Assembly (NCBI GenBank): GCA_964016885.1
Contig: OZ024743.1
Span: 225,370,001 to 225,434,000 of the forward strand
DNA: 64,000 nt
Direction of reading: 5' to 3'
DNA from: Eledone cirrhosa
Lineage: Eukaryota
Both the position numbers and the translations under genes were made by a program. A model generated the notes under the pieces. It was not told the origin of the DNA and did not search any database. It saw only the letters and a list, made by a program, of their open reading frames with translations. This document shows positions 44,315 to 57,799 of this stretch, one piece after another (position 1 is the first letter of the stretch; each line of letters opens with the position of its first letter).

Positions 44315-44528
44315 GTGAGGACACTTGACTTAGTAGCTAGGCTAATTTGTCTCAAAATTGTAAAGTCAAGATTTGATTCTCAGAGTGTGTGGCACATTGT
44401 GTCCTTGAGCAAGACAATATACTTCATGTTGATTCAGTCATTCAACTGGAAAAATCGGATGTAATTGTAAATTCAAAGGGCCAGCTTTATCACATGTCAT
44501 GTCACACTTAATCTCCCTGAGAAGTATG
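44315..44528 (+). mobile_element. Old SINE-B-like copy
   Basis: GTGTCCTTGAGCAAGACA CORE-like centre. Confidence 0.55.
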
Positions 44529-44532
44529 TTAA

Positions 44533-44740
44533 CCCTTTAGCATTTACATTATTCTATATTTACTATTGTATTTTCATAATAAAAGCTTTATCTCACATAA
44601 TATTGAATCTATGAGATTTTGATATTATTCATTTTGAGAAAAATACCTTAACATCACTATGAGTGGCCAGTTAAGGCCAGTTTGAACAGAAAGAGGTGAG
44701 AAACTTCTGGCCAGATACAACCGATTTAAATGATAAAGGG
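44533..44740 (+). mobile_element. piggyBac-type MITE
   Basis: TTAA|CCCTTTAGCATTT ... AAATGATAAAGGG|TTAA. Confidence 0.8.
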
Positions 44741-44855
44741 TTAAGGGTGCATTTGTCTCTAGAATGCTCAGCCACTTGCTCAGTAATATCACAGACAGGT
44801 CATCCTATTGATCAAACAACTGGAACACTCATTGTCAGAACTGATAGAGGTTCAC

Positions 44856-46546
44856 CATCATCATCATCATCATCATCATTGTCATTGTCATCGTTTAACG
44901 TCCATCTTCCACGCTTGCATGGGTTTGGACGAGAATTTTCCTACTTGAGGCAAGATTGGTTGTCTTGCTCGTATAGGACTGTCCGGCGGGTTTTCTACGG
45001 CTGGATGCCCTTCCTAACACCAACCACGTTTACAGTGTGGACTGGGAGGTTTTTACCGTGTTACCTACACGGCCACATTACAGCGTGGACTGTGTGTTTT
45101 TTTTTTGTCGTGACACCTACACGACCTCATTCGTTTCGGACTGGATGTTATTGTACCAACATAACATTACATTGGAAGGGGTGGTGTGGGGGTAGTGGGA
45201 CGGGGGGTGTATCTCGGTCCAGTGACATTGTCTTGGAGAGGTGTAAGTGTGTGATGTCGGAATTTATCAAGTCGTCCCATGTTTTTCTGGGTCTGCCTAT
45301 TCCGTAGCTACCGTCTATTTTTATCGCCCTGCACTTTTTTATACAGCTGTCGTCTTTCATGCGCATCATGTGACCATACCAACATAGTCTTCTCTCGAGT
45401 AAACAACATCTGATCCCTCTTATTCCTAATTTCTCCCTTAGTTCATTTATGCTTTGCCGTTCACGTATATTACTATTACACATCCAACAGAGCATGCAAG
45501 CTTCGTTCATCTCCAGTCTGCGTATATCCTCTGCACACAATGCCCAGGTCTCACTGCCATGTAACATTGCTGTTCGTATGCAGGCATCATACAGCCTGCC
45601 TTTCATTTTTAGAGAGAAACCTTTAGCGGCCAATAGTGGTATAAGCTCTCTGAACTTTTTCTATCCCGTTCTGCCTCTAGCTACTGTACTTTCAGTGCAT
45701 CCTCCACCACTGCTGATTTTGTCACCCAGGTAACGGAAGGTGTCCACTGTTTCTATAGAACCATCTGTGCAATGGAATGAGCTAGTATTTTGTGGGCACT
45801 TGCTGCTACTTATTGCACCTGAGCACCGGCCACATATAAAATCTATATTCTTAGTTAGCTTACCTGTGATCCCACTACATCTTTTATGCCCCCATACTTT
45901 GCATTTGGGACATAAAATGGAGTTTCTGCCTACTCCTTTCCTACACACTGAGCATGGCCATTTCCCAGATGGGACCAGTTCCCTATTTTCCTTCCTACAA
46001 ACTAGAACTTTAGTCTTAAACAGGTTAATTTTAAGGCCTTTTGATTCTAGGCCATGCTTCCATGTTTGGAATTTCTTCTCTAGTTCAGCCATTGATTCAG
46101 CTATGAGAATTAGATCATCTGCATATAGGAGTTCCCATGGGCAGCCGGTCTTGAACTCCTCTGTTATAGCCTGAAGGGCAATAATAAATAGGAGGGGGCT
46201 AAGGACGGAGCCCTGATGAACACCAACTTTTACGCTAAACACTTCACTATATTCGTTGTTAATTCTAACCTTGCTGACTGTTTCTTTATACATGGCTTGT
46301 ATAGCTCTCACAAGCCATTCATCAACATCTAGTTTTCTGAGAGCCCACCAGATAATGGGGCGTGGGACTCTGTTAAAGGCTTTCTCCAAGTCAACAAAAG
46401 CTAAGTATAGGTGTTTACTTTTAGCTAGGTACTTCTCCTGTAGTTGTCGTACAATGAAAAGAGCGTCTGTGGTACTTTTACCTGACACAAACGCGAACTG
46501 CATTTCATCTAGATCAATTCGCTCTCTGATTAGTTGCGCTATTACT
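44856..46546 (-). mobile_element. RTE 5'-truncated copy
   Basis: ORFs 45661-46503 and 45148-45633; (GAT)n tail; deletion at ~45210 removing the ORF end. Confidence 0.92.
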
Positions 46547-46997
46547 TTACCACTTGATTTGTATTTATTTTATTAACTTTCAAGGGATAAAATGCAAAGA
46601 TGACAAGTACTGAAAGGCTTTTTGTTCTGTGTTCTACTGATTTAGCTAACCACTGCTCTAAATTATATATTAATGATAATAACTTCTTGCTTCTGACAGA
46701 ACCTGCTGGAAGAAGTGTTTGAGGACTCTGCCCCCACGGCCCTATCAGGAATATGTGGAAGAAGAAGAGGAACATAAGCACAAGGATAGAAATTTTGTAG
46801 GGGGCGGGGGGAGGGGGTCAATTAAATTAGCCCCAGTACATGACTGATACTCTATTTTCATTGACCATAGAAAAATAAGTGGTAAATATGGCATTTATAA
46901 GATTTAAACTCATGCCATGAAGAGTCACAAATACTACAAGGGAATTTGTTTGAAGCCCTAACAATAAAAACCTGTCATAAAAACCTTTTTATAACAT

Positions 46998-47029
<32 letters not shown>

Positions 47030-47040
47030 TATATTATATA

Positions 47041-47073
<33 letters not shown>

Positions 47074-47126
47074 GTATATATATATATATATATATATTAT
47101 ATAGTATATATATATATATATTATAT

Positions 47127-47400
<274 letters not shown>

Positions 47401-47488
47401 TGCATTTGTGTTAGATATATATATATATATATATATAATGTGTGTGTACATCTATACAGAGCTGCTTGTACTGTAAACTCTTTGTGTA

Positions 47489-47534
<46 letters not shown>

Positions 47535-48057
47535 AGTATTTATTTATATTTATATATATAAAACAATCAAATAATCAGTTTGAGATCACAATTTTGTGAA
47601 TGCACAAAGACACATACAGACACACTCACAAAACATATTTTTCATTTTAGTAAATCTCTATAAATATAGCAAAGCCAGAAGACCGACTATGTTTAGCAAA
47701 GCTGACAATTCTGAACTGTATTTATTTTAAGTCAGGAAACTTCTTGATCTCTTAATCCAAATGTTTCTATAAAAAGTAAGGCTGCAAATGGAAGAACTGT
47801 GCACGTCTTGAAAAATAGATTAAATTTCTATATAAATAAATACTCTGTAGTGATTTACAAATAATCTCTACTATAGATTATGCAAAATTATGTGTGTCTG
47901 TTTTTTTTATATGTGTGCCAGTGCAGACTTGTATAAACATGTGCATGTAAGTATATGTGTGTGTGTGTCTGCATGTGTATAAACATACAGGAGGTCATCG
48001 TTTGGAAAATTATGACTTCATTTGCCTCAACGTTGCCAATATCTAAAACTATGGAAA

Positions 48058-48295
48058 CAGTTGTCAGGACACTGCATCCTTCAAAACCTCCATGCTTCCC
48101 AAAATTCGCCAACACTACACCTGATATTACCCCTCCATACACACGCACGCATGTATCTGTGTGTATATCATGGCTCTTACACTGTTCACTTTCCTAACAT
48201 TTGTATATTATTCTATATCATATACATGCACCTTTGATGCATTGTAGTGCACCTGAGCACTGTACACAATAATTTTCATTATCCTTATTATTATA
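48058..48295 (+). mobile_element. CR1-like LINE 3' end
   Basis: Homologous to 8530-8782 and 50279-50525. Confidence 0.7.
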
Positions 48296-48589
48296 TTATA
48301 AAGTTCTTCACTTCCTTTATAATGATCCTTTTTATATAAGTACATGATAAAATGTATCTAGTTCACTCTATAAAGTGGTATTGCTGGTGGCGTGATAAAA
48401 TTCCCCATACCATTATCATACAGTTAACTATCTAATATTTTATAGTGAAAACCATGCCATGTTATAATACCTACAACATATTACACAGTGAAAAATATAA
48501 TGAACAATATTAGTGTGAACTTGACATTTCCTTGAGATTAATGACAGAACAACAACAGTATATGGACTGTTAAATAAATTCAATATATA

Positions 48590-48835
48590 TAAACATATTT
48601 AAATATGTATTGCTTTCATATGATAATATTACGAATATAATGTTGTTGATAAACACAAATATAAACACATATAATAAATACAATCAACCATTGCTAGGAA
48701 CCTCACAGAAACAGCACACCAAAATATATGACCAGAGCGTGTGAAAGAAAAAATAGGGAGGAAGCAAAAACAAAAACGAAAATAACCATTAATTCACCAC
48801 CAAGTGCAACAATCGGCCACACATCATAAGGGTAT
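48590..48835 (-). mobile_element. 3' end of the CRE-like family seen at 53040-54640
   Basis: Shares AACACAAATATAAAC..ATAATAAATACAAT..CATTGCTAGGAAC and AATTCACCAC.AAGTGC.ACAAT. Confidence 0.55.
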
Positions 48836-49026
48836 TGGTCACACATCGTAAGCAAGACAATACATTTGTAATATTCAGAGTGAAAGCAATAAAGTAATAA
48901 GAAATTTCAATGGAGGTAAGACTGTTGATAGTCTTAATAAGGAATATGGTGGTGAAATGTGTGCATGTTAGAGAGCCAGCCCTGTGCTGAACCATTACAA
49001 AAATATTTTATTATTAATCCTTACAT

Positions 49027-49212
49027 AGGGCGGTGAATTGGCAGTATCAGTATGGGGTTGGACGCCATGCTTTCTAGCATAGTTACGTCCCTTTATGGTC
49101 TGAGTTCAAATCCCACTGAGGTTAACTTTATTTTATCGACCCTGTAAGGATGAAAGGCAAAGTACCAGTAATGTACTGGGTAATTGCTGGCCTTGTGCCA
49201 AAAGTAGAAACA
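49027..49212 (+). mobile_element. SINE family A, full length, with internal micro-inversion
   Basis: 17-bp TSD ATTATTAATCCTTACAT (49010-49026 / 49213-49229); A- and B-box-like motifs. Confidence 0.9.
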
Positions 49213-49756
49213 ATTATTAATCCTTACATTACCATATTTCTAGCAGAAATATACTGCCTTTGTATTTTAGTTAATAAAGTAATCAATAATTATGAGAGGT
49301 TTTAGTGAAATAATTAATTTTCGAATCAATAATAAAAGACAATTATTTATCTACTGAAATTGAATATTATCAACCATATAATAATGAGATTTTCATCAAA
49401 AAATTGGGAAGACCCTTCAGTTGTGTCCAGGACATGAAAATCTCCCTAGTGCTGTAATGTGGTTGGTGATAAGAAGAGCATCAAGCTGTTGAAAGCTTGC
49501 CAAACAATGGGTTGGGAGGTTTCTTCAGTTGTGTCAAAGACATGACAACCGCTCTAGTGCTGGTGCCATAAAATACACTTGGTAGAGCATGGAATTATAT
49601 GTAACTGAGATGTAGACACCCTACTTGTCTGGAGGGTTTAGTAGACCTACTTCAGTACTGACTTGATCTCTGAAGACTCATCCAACACTTGCTAGCAGGG
49701 ATAGCAGACATTAAATGATGATGATGATGATTTGCATTTAAATTTTAACACTTTAA

Positions 49757-49964
49757 CCCTTTAGCATTTGCATTACTCTATATTTACTATTGTATTTTCA
49801 CGGTAACATATTTACCTCACATAATATCGAATCTATGAGATTTTGATATTTCTTAAGTTGAGAATAATACCTTAACATTAGTATGAGTGGCCGGTTATGT
49901 CCGGTTTGAACAGAAAGAGGTGAGAGAAGTCTGGCTGGATATGGCCGGTTTAAATGCTAAAGGG
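49757..49964 (+). mobile_element. piggyBac-type MITE
   Basis: 13-bp perfect TIR CCCTTTAGCATTT/AAATGCTAAAGGG with TTAA on both sides. Confidence 0.85.
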
Positions 49965-50278
49965 TTAATAAAACCGTTTTTTGTTAGATTTGTGTTTAAA
50001 GAGTTATCACTATATTATATTATACAGTTAACTATATCATATAGTCAAAAATATGTTCTACAGTCAATATCATATGTCTGGATAGTTAAGACCTGAACAG
50101 CACCAGTAAATCATTAGTTCGGTATTTTGATAGATTCCATATCACTGCTAGTAGAATTTCATTCTAGATTATAGTTTTGTGGGTGTCTTCATAATCAAAT
50201 GAATAAAAAACGTTAATTTTATTTTAATGAAGATTATATACTCACAAAACTATTTGCTAATATCAACACAGGTATTGA

Positions 50279-50525
50279 AAGCATGGAACAAACTACCTGC
50301 ATCAGTTGTTAGCTGTCGGGACACTGCATCCTTCAAAATTCCTGAAATTCGCCAACACTACATCTGATATTCCCCCTCCATACATATGCATGCATGTATC
50401 TGTGTGTATATCATGACTCATACACTGTTCGCTTTCCTGACATATTCTATTTACTATACATGCACCTTTGATGAGTTGTAGTGCAGCTGAGCACTGTACA
50501 CAATAATTTCATTATCATTATTACC
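50279..50525 (+). mobile_element. CR1-like LINE 3' end
   Basis: AWNKLPASVVSCRDTASFK plus 3'UTR. Confidence 0.72.
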
Positions 50526-50674
50526 CATCATGCATTGCATGATCACACCTTCCTTTCTAGTTAAGTCTATCCTAGATTATGGGGTCCTGTTTGTTAAGTG
50601 GTTATCAAAATTAGGACACTGAATATATAGAAATCTCAATTCTTTAGACAGTGGAAAACCAATTGAGAGAAAGA

Positions 50675-50912
50675 TAGATAAAGAGAGGGAGGAGAGAGTC
50701 AGGAAGGGAAGGATAGGATGAGAGAAATGGAGAGAGGAGGGAGAGGCAGAGAGAGAGAGGGAGAGGCAGAAAGTGAAAGGCAAAGAGAGACAGAGAGAGA
50801 GAGAGAGAAAGAAAAAGGCAAAGAGAGAGAGGCAGAAAGTGAAAGGCAAAGAGAGAGAGAGAGAGAAGAAGACAGAGAGAGAGAGAGGAAGACAGAGAGA
50901 GAAAGAGACAGA
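50675..50912. repeat. (GA)n-rich polypurine tract
   Basis: Direct reading. Confidence 0.9.
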
Positions 50913-51232
50913 GTTGGCTCTTATATTAATAGGTCAAGTGACTTAAGTAGAACTTCCTCACAGAGTTATCATTACTATGGTACTGAAAAAATAGAACTAA
51001 AAGAAACGAAAAAAAACAAAAAAAAACAGCATGGATTTATTATTGTGAGTTGAATGATTTTCATTGGTGTAGGATGTTTTTTCTGGAAAAACAAAATGTT
51101 TAATAGTGCCCCAAATACTGTTTAACTACTTTGTTACCCTATTCCTAATGAAAGACACAACCTATAATTTTCAACACATTTTGAAAACAATCAAGAATTA
51201 GGAGTTTATATATATATATATATATATATTTA

Positions 51233-52518
51233 CAGGGTGTGGACGATATTTGTTCGCAATTTTCAACTACTAATTTTATGCAAATTTTTTTAACTTCCAT
51301 GGTCACTCTTGTCTTCATAAAAACAGTGACTATATTTCCATTATTTATTTTCAGAATAATTGATTATGAATAATTTTGAACCTCCAAATTTGTGGAAGAG
51401 ACACGGAGTTCTTCTTGGAATCCGCGCCGGGAGGACAAATAAGGAAATTTCAGACTTTCTCAGCGTCAGCAGGAGAATAGTGGAAAAGGTCAGAAAGAAT
51501 TGGAAGATTCAGGATTCGACTACAAAGCAACATCAGAGAGGAAAACGCATGATCGACGATCTGATGCCTTCAGAACGCCCGAGTTCGTCGCTGAAGTTCA
51601 GGATATCATCAACAATGAGCCTAGCAAGTCGATGCGTGCCATTGCAAGGGAGAAAGGCGTGGATGAAAAGCTCATTAGGCTGGTGGTAAATGAAGACATT
51701 CACTACGTTTCATACAAGATGAGGAAAGGACAATTTCTGTCAAAGGCGATGCAAGAAAAGCGACTGAAGCACGCAAAGAAGCTGATCAACAAGTTGAAAC
51801 ACCCACTGGAGCCAGACATGCTGTGGTTTTTCTCCAACGAGAAAAACTTCTGCCAAGACCAGAAGATCAACTCCCAGAACAACAGGTGGCTCGCTGTCTC
51901 ATCCAAAGACGTGCCCAGAATCCTGCAGACAAAGTTTCCAGTGACAATATTGGTCTTAGGTGTCGTCAGCAGTCAAGGTGACGTCATGCCACCTCACTTC
52001 TTCCCTAAGGGCCTCAAGCTGAACACCGATAGCTACATCCGTGTTCTGAGTGAGGTAGTAAAGCCCTGGATCGACCAGGTAGCTGCAGGTAGACTCAGCA
52101 CCCTGCCATACCAGGCGAAAGACCCAAGCCTGGCTGTCAGAGAACTTCGTCGACCACACTCCACCTGACATCTGGCCTCCCAGCTCACCTGACTGCAACC
52201 CCCTCGACTTCTTTGTGTGGTGCGCAGTGGAACGAGACACCAACATATCTAGCTGCAATACGAAAGACGATCTGAAGGCCAGGATCACAAGTGCCTTTAG
52301 GGGCCTAAGTCGGGGGACAGGGACGAAGGCCTGTAGCCGGTTCCGAGGCCGCCTTGAGGCTGTCATCAAAGCCAATGGCGGTTTTATCGAGTGAGATCGA
52401 AAGAACAAGTCATGAAGACAAACTGACCCTAGTTTGATAAATATATCTTAAAAAATAAAACTACTGTGTTATTTTTTCCTAGACATTAATTTTGCGAACA
52501 AATATCGTCCGCACCCTG
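51233..52518 (+). mobile_element. Tc1/mariner superfamily, DD37D (maT) transposon, complete ends
   Basis: 27-bp TIRs CAGGGTGTGGACGATATTTGTTCGCAA / TTGCGAACAAATATCGTCCGCACCCTG; TA at left, CA at right. Confidence 0.92.
51366..52394 (+). pseudogene. DD37D transposase (frameshifts, first D to N)
   Basis: HTH N-terminus, WFFSNEKNF, DSAPCH-(37 aa)-SPDCNPLDFFVW. Frameshifts near 51497 and 52092. Confidence 0.88.
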
Positions 52519-53039
52519 CATATATCATCATCACCATTTTACATTTGCTTTACAAAAAGCACCCAGACCACACTGTAAAGTGGTCATGTAGGAGTCACAG
52601 CAAAAAGCACACAGCACACACTGTAAATGTGGCTGGCATTAGGAAGGGCATCCAGTTGTAGAAATCTAGTCAGAAACAGTTCTGTATGAGCAGGATACAG
52701 TCACCTGACCCAACCTGCCTCAAATGAGACAACCCATCCAACGTAGAAAGTGGACATTAAACAGCAATGATGATGATGATGATTTACATGGATTGGATGG
52801 GATGGGTCATCACAGTCTCTGACTAGACAGGTCAGAAAACCACATCTTGCACATATGTCCCATATTATGGCATGGTTTATATGGCTGGATGACTTTCCTA
52901 AAGCCAGTAACTTTATAGATTGTATTGAGTGCATTTTATTGTAGCATACATATGTATCTGTGTGCTTAGCTGCACATTCCGATTGCATTTGTTAGCTTAG
53001 CTGCGGCCAGAGCTTCGATTATGCTGAACTTCCATTTAT

Positions 53040-54640
53040 ATATATATATATATAACATTACAAATTGTTTATAATTCTTACAGAATGAAAATATGAACAC
53101 AAATATAAACATATAATAAATACAATTAATCATTGCTAGGAACTTCGCAAATATAATAGTTTCTACTTTGGGCACAAGGCCAGCAATTATCCCAGCGCAT
53201 TACTGGTACTTTATTTTATCGACCCCCGTAAGGATGAAAAGCAAAGTTAACCATGGCAGGATTTGAACTCAGAACATAAAGGGTCATAACTCTATGCTGC
53301 AAAGCATGGCGTCCGACCCTTTACCGATACTGCCAATCCACAAATATAATGCACAAAAATATATGATGAAAACGAGAGAAAAAAAAAAAGCATCAATTCA
53401 CCACTAAGTGCGACAATTGTCCGCACACTATAAGGCTGAATGGAAATTTTTGGAAGCAAGCTAACAGGCTTTACTGTGGGTAATGGCATGGCTAAGGCAC
53501 TTAAACAACGAGGCACCTTCGCAGGTATCACCTGACATCTCAGTAAAGCAAGATGCTAATGATGACAAGAACTTTGCTGTCAGTGGCCCAGCTCTACCAA
53601 ACATCTCAAACATCACAGGCCAGAACAAGTAGTTATTTGATAGTTCCTGGTATTTTAGGATTTTATTCCATTCAACAATGGAAGCAGTGACCCTCATATT
53701 TACTATGACATCCATGATGTGGGAGGGAGCAAAAGAGTCACTGACTGAAACATCTTCTTACACAGGGACAAAGAGTAAGGCCATCTGGTCTCTTCTGGTT
53801 AGTCCAACCAGCTCCAGAACTGAGGGGATATTTACCCAACCTAGGACCCACTTAATGGTCAAGTTTAGCTCTGTGTCACAGGCAAAGCAACCAGCATTCT
53901 GGTGGCAGGACAAACCATGGAAGCCTGTGGAGTTAAGAGGCCTACAACACCAACATCTCAGACTCCTACAGACATCAGCTCCCACTTGGAGAGCAATGGA
54001 GATGCAGAGCGCATCCAGACTGAGAAGAATGTCGGCTACAGGAAGGGCATCAACCCAATCCCCTGAGAATTTTGCAATTGCAGAAAGTAAGAGACACCAT
54101 GAAAATTGATCAGATTGATCAAAGAGAGAGCTGAACATGTTGCTCAAAAGCAGATTGTCCCATACTCTCTGCTTCTGTCTATCCTTGTCTGTATCAGGTA
54201 CTGACAAACCGAGCTCTCTTCACTGTAGTAAAGCTTCATCCATTTCCCTGGTGGAACTAATCCATGCTGGAAAGGAAAAGATGTCATCTACTAAAGGGAA
54301 GCAAGCGTGGATAGAGGAAAGAAAGCAAGGTAGAGATATAGATGAACATTTCCCCAGACCGAGACTTCCAAACCGTTTGGGCAAGGCAGCCTGGTCACAG
54401 GACTCTGGAGAGAGACTGACATTGACCAAGTCCTCAAGTTCACTGAAGATTAAGTGTGTGGGAGAGATAACAAGAATCTGCAAGATAGACTAACTCTGAG
54501 GAAATACAACAACTTGTGAATCGCCAATTAAATTCCTAAGTATAAAAAAAACCTTGGTGAGGCTTCATAGCCATGAGGTTTTCTTTAAAGTTGCTCGAGG
54601 TTAGCCAATTTAGATCAAAAGATGGACTTGATGGCTTGCT
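53040..54640 (-). mobile_element. Degenerate CRE-like (restriction-like endonuclease) non-LTR retrotransposon 3' part
   Basis: QAALPKRFGSLGL, SGDWVDALP, CWCC..GFHGLSC, KILKY, FWPVMFEMFG fragments across frames. Confidence 0.7.
53158..53340 (-). mobile_element. SINE family A nested in the CRE-like 3'UTR
   Basis: TSD CAAATATAAT (53148-53157 / 53341-53350). Confidence 0.88.
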
Positions 54641-54769
54641 CAGTAATTAGGGCTTCACATTGATGAGGGAGGAACCGTGAGAGAAGAGAAGGGCTCTGTA
54701 AACAGGTTTACAGTCTGCTGATGTGAAGCTGGGTGGTTATACATATCCAAAATGGCTGACTGAATACGC

Positions 54770-54970
54770 ATGTGTGTGTTTTTTCCCCTTTTTTTCTCAT
54801 TTTTCTCTGTTCCTTCCTCTTCTCACTCCTTATCTTTCTTTCTAACTATCGTCTGAAGGACTAGTGTCGAAAATGTTAAGACTCTTTTTGTGAGATTTCA
54901 AGCATTAAACTAATATATTTCTTCAATGTACTGTGTCATTTGCTTCGTTATTCCTGTTTACTTTTTAAAA
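54770..54970 (+). mobile_element. Short PLE-pLTR-like element with degenerate hammerhead
   Basis: GT-CTGAAG-GAC-TAGT-GTC-GAAA-ATGTTA-AGAC. Homologous to 2690-2880 (-); followed by (TA)n. Confidence 0.5.
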
Positions 54971-54983
54971 CATACATATATAT

Positions 54984-55035
<52 letters not shown>

Positions 55036-55039
<4 letters not shown>

Positions 55040-55398
55040 TCATCATTTTACGTTCGCTTTTCCCTGCTTGCAAGGGTGGGACGGGAACTGATTCTGGCTT
55101 GATTTCTACAGCTGGATGCCCTTCATAACACCAACCACATTTACAGTGAGTGCTGGGTGCTTTTTTTTTCTGTGGCGCCTACACGTCCACTTTACAATGT
55201 GGGCTGGGTGCTTTTTTACAGTGGCACCTCCACGACAACTTTGCAGTGGAATGATAGGGAGCCCAGTCCCTATCATCTCATTTCTACAGCTGAGTAAACT
55301 GGAGCAATGTGAAATAAAGTGTCTTGCTCAAGGAAACAACACATCACTCAGTCTGAGAATTGAACTCACAACCATTCGATTGCAAGGCCAATGCTCTA
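55036..55398 (-). mobile_element. SINE family B
   Basis: Reverse complement of 9580-9904 with a small internal duplication. Confidence 0.82.
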
Positions 55399-55966
55399 AT
55401 ATATATATATATATAATGATTCATTACAAATAAAACAGCTCTAGTCCTGTAGAAGTCAATTTCTATATTAAGATGAATATAAATACATACATATACATAC
55501 AAGAGAGAGAGAGAGAGAGAGAGGGAAAGAGAGAGAGAGAGAGAACAACACACAAATATAGGTTAAATATCAAAACAAAAGCAAAATCTCCTTCATTCTA
55601 CAAATAACCACTGCATGATAAGTGTATGATTTCCATTCAATTCAAAACAGACTGAAGTATGACATATCTAAAATGTAGAACTAGTAGATGGCTTATAGGC
55701 AGTCAATTAGCCAACTGCATGACGTACATGTGCTCAAGCAAAACTTATTGAGTTTTACATAAAAATAACAGATTCATATGCACATAAAGCATAAATACAC
55801 CAACACACACACATTTATATATGTATAAATATATACATACAGACAGACTTATGTATATGTACACATATATACATACACACACTATATATATATATATATA
55901 TATATATATTTCGTTTCTGAATTTGTTTAGCAAGATTCTTTATCTGAAAAACGTGTGTTGAAACCG

Positions 55967-56350
55967 ATATTGTTATGCTTTGGGAGGGTCATGTTGCCAA
56001 TAAGAAACACATGCACCAGTTGCTTTCACTTCAATTTATTATAAATTAAATTTATAAATTTAGGAATTTATAAATTTCCGGTTGGTTGGTTGGTTCCACA
56101 ACCAGACGATTGTTCATATATTGTCAAAGTTCTTTCGTCACACATTCTGCAGTCACTGAAGAGGTCACAGAATGTGTGACGAAAGAACTTCGACAATATA
56201 TGAACAATCGTCTGGTTGTGGAACCAACCAACCAACCGGAAATTTATAAATTCCTAAATTTATAAATTTAATTTATAATAAATTGAAGTGAAAGCAACTG
56301 GTGCGTGTGTTTCTTATTGGCAACATGACCCTCCCAAAGCATAACAATAT
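55967..56350. repeat. Near-perfect palindrome: 183-bp arms, 18-nt loop
   Basis: 55967-56149 vs 56168-56350; two mismatches seen. Confidence 0.95.
56152..56194 (+). ncRNA. Minimal type I hammerhead-like fold at the palindrome centre
   Basis: GTCA-CTGAAGA-G-GTCAC(AGAATGT)GTGAC-GAAA-GAAC-TT-CGAC; one stem I mismatch. Confidence 0.6.
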
Positions 56351-56529
56351 ATATATATATATATCTATATATATATATATATATCAGGGGTGATGTGTGT
56401 ATGCATGCACTGCATGCCTTACTTTTTTCCAGGATAAATAATTTTTGCATAATATAAAATTAATATGTGATATTTTTTGGGAGGGGGATTTCGGATTCCT
56501 TAATTTCTTAGGATAAATTGTAAACAAGT

Positions 56530-56680
56530 GATGCTTTCCAGCATAGAGTTACGTCCCTTTATGGTCTGAGTTCATATCCCGCCAAAGTTAACTTTGCCTT
56601 TCATTTTTATTGGGTCGATAAAATAAAGTACCAGTAATGCACTGAGATAATTGCTGGCCTTGTGCCAATAGTAGAAACAA
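56530..56680 (+). mobile_element. SINE family A
   Basis: Core and GTAGAAACAAT end. Confidence 0.85.
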
Positions 56681-57109
56681 TTATTTAAGTAGAGCAAGCT
56701 CCTGTTTGCTTAGTAAAAAAAGAATAAAAAGCAGCAAATAAATTGCTTTCATTTTCTATTGTAAAAACGATGATGAAAACAAATGAGTAGGAGTGAGGTT
56801 AAAGAGAGCAAAGCAAAATTGTCCCTGTTTCCCTTCCTGTCATAGTAAGAAAAAGGACAGATGTTATTTTTTTCTCTATTGAGAATTGAGCTTGATAAAA
56901 GAGAAAACAAAAGCAACCTTTTTGCTGCATGTTTTCCAACCATAGTTAGCCATCAGGTACACTATCAACAAATGTTCTCCCAAAGTGCTAATTTTTTTTT
57001 ACTGAGTGGCTGAGATCAAATGTATTTATGTTAGTCGTCCACTGGGACACCTCTAAGAGTTTTGATGGCAGAAGTAATAGAAAACACAAAAAGCTACTCT
57101 ATGTGCTCT

Positions 57110-57280
57110 CAAAGTTGATTATATTGACTCCAGTACTCGACTGGTACTTTATTTTATTGACTTCCATAAGGATAAAAGGCGAAGTTGACCGTGACAGGAT
57201 TCAAACTCAGAATATAAAGGGCCGTAACTATATGCCGCAAAGCATGTCTGACACTCTACCAATACTGCCAATCCACCAAC
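57110..57280 (-). mobile_element. SINE family A, older copy
   Basis: Diverged homology to other copies. Confidence 0.7.
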
Positions 57281-57799
57281 GTATATGAAATCAAAGACTT
57301 GCATATTCAAGGACTTAAAGCTTTCAGAGAGATTTAGAGGAAAAGTTGGTATTTAGTCAATTTGCACATTTGTTTTATTGATGATTCTGGTTTATTTTGT
57401 ATGATCATTTGGTACTCAAGACTCAAATTCATTAATGTAACCATTACCCAGAATTCTCTTCTTGACCAGTTTACACTTGGAGCAAAAAGGAGCCCTGATC
57501 AAACTTTTTCTTTTGTGATTAAAAAATGTAAAGTGTTCATCTATTTATCCATTCATTTTAAATATCTAAAATTATTTTTTGAAAAGTTACATAGAAAAGT
57601 AAACTTTAGTAAATCTAAATGTTTTATTAGAAGGCTTTGATTCATTAAAAAAAATTATAACCACGTAACATTGTTATGTTTTTATTTCTCCACATGATGA
57701 CAAAAGAGTCAGTTAGCTCAGTTTCCTCCCTACTTTCCCAAATCTATGCAACAAGAAGCTTCAAAGAGAAGAAGAATATTATCAATCTTGGAAGATAGA

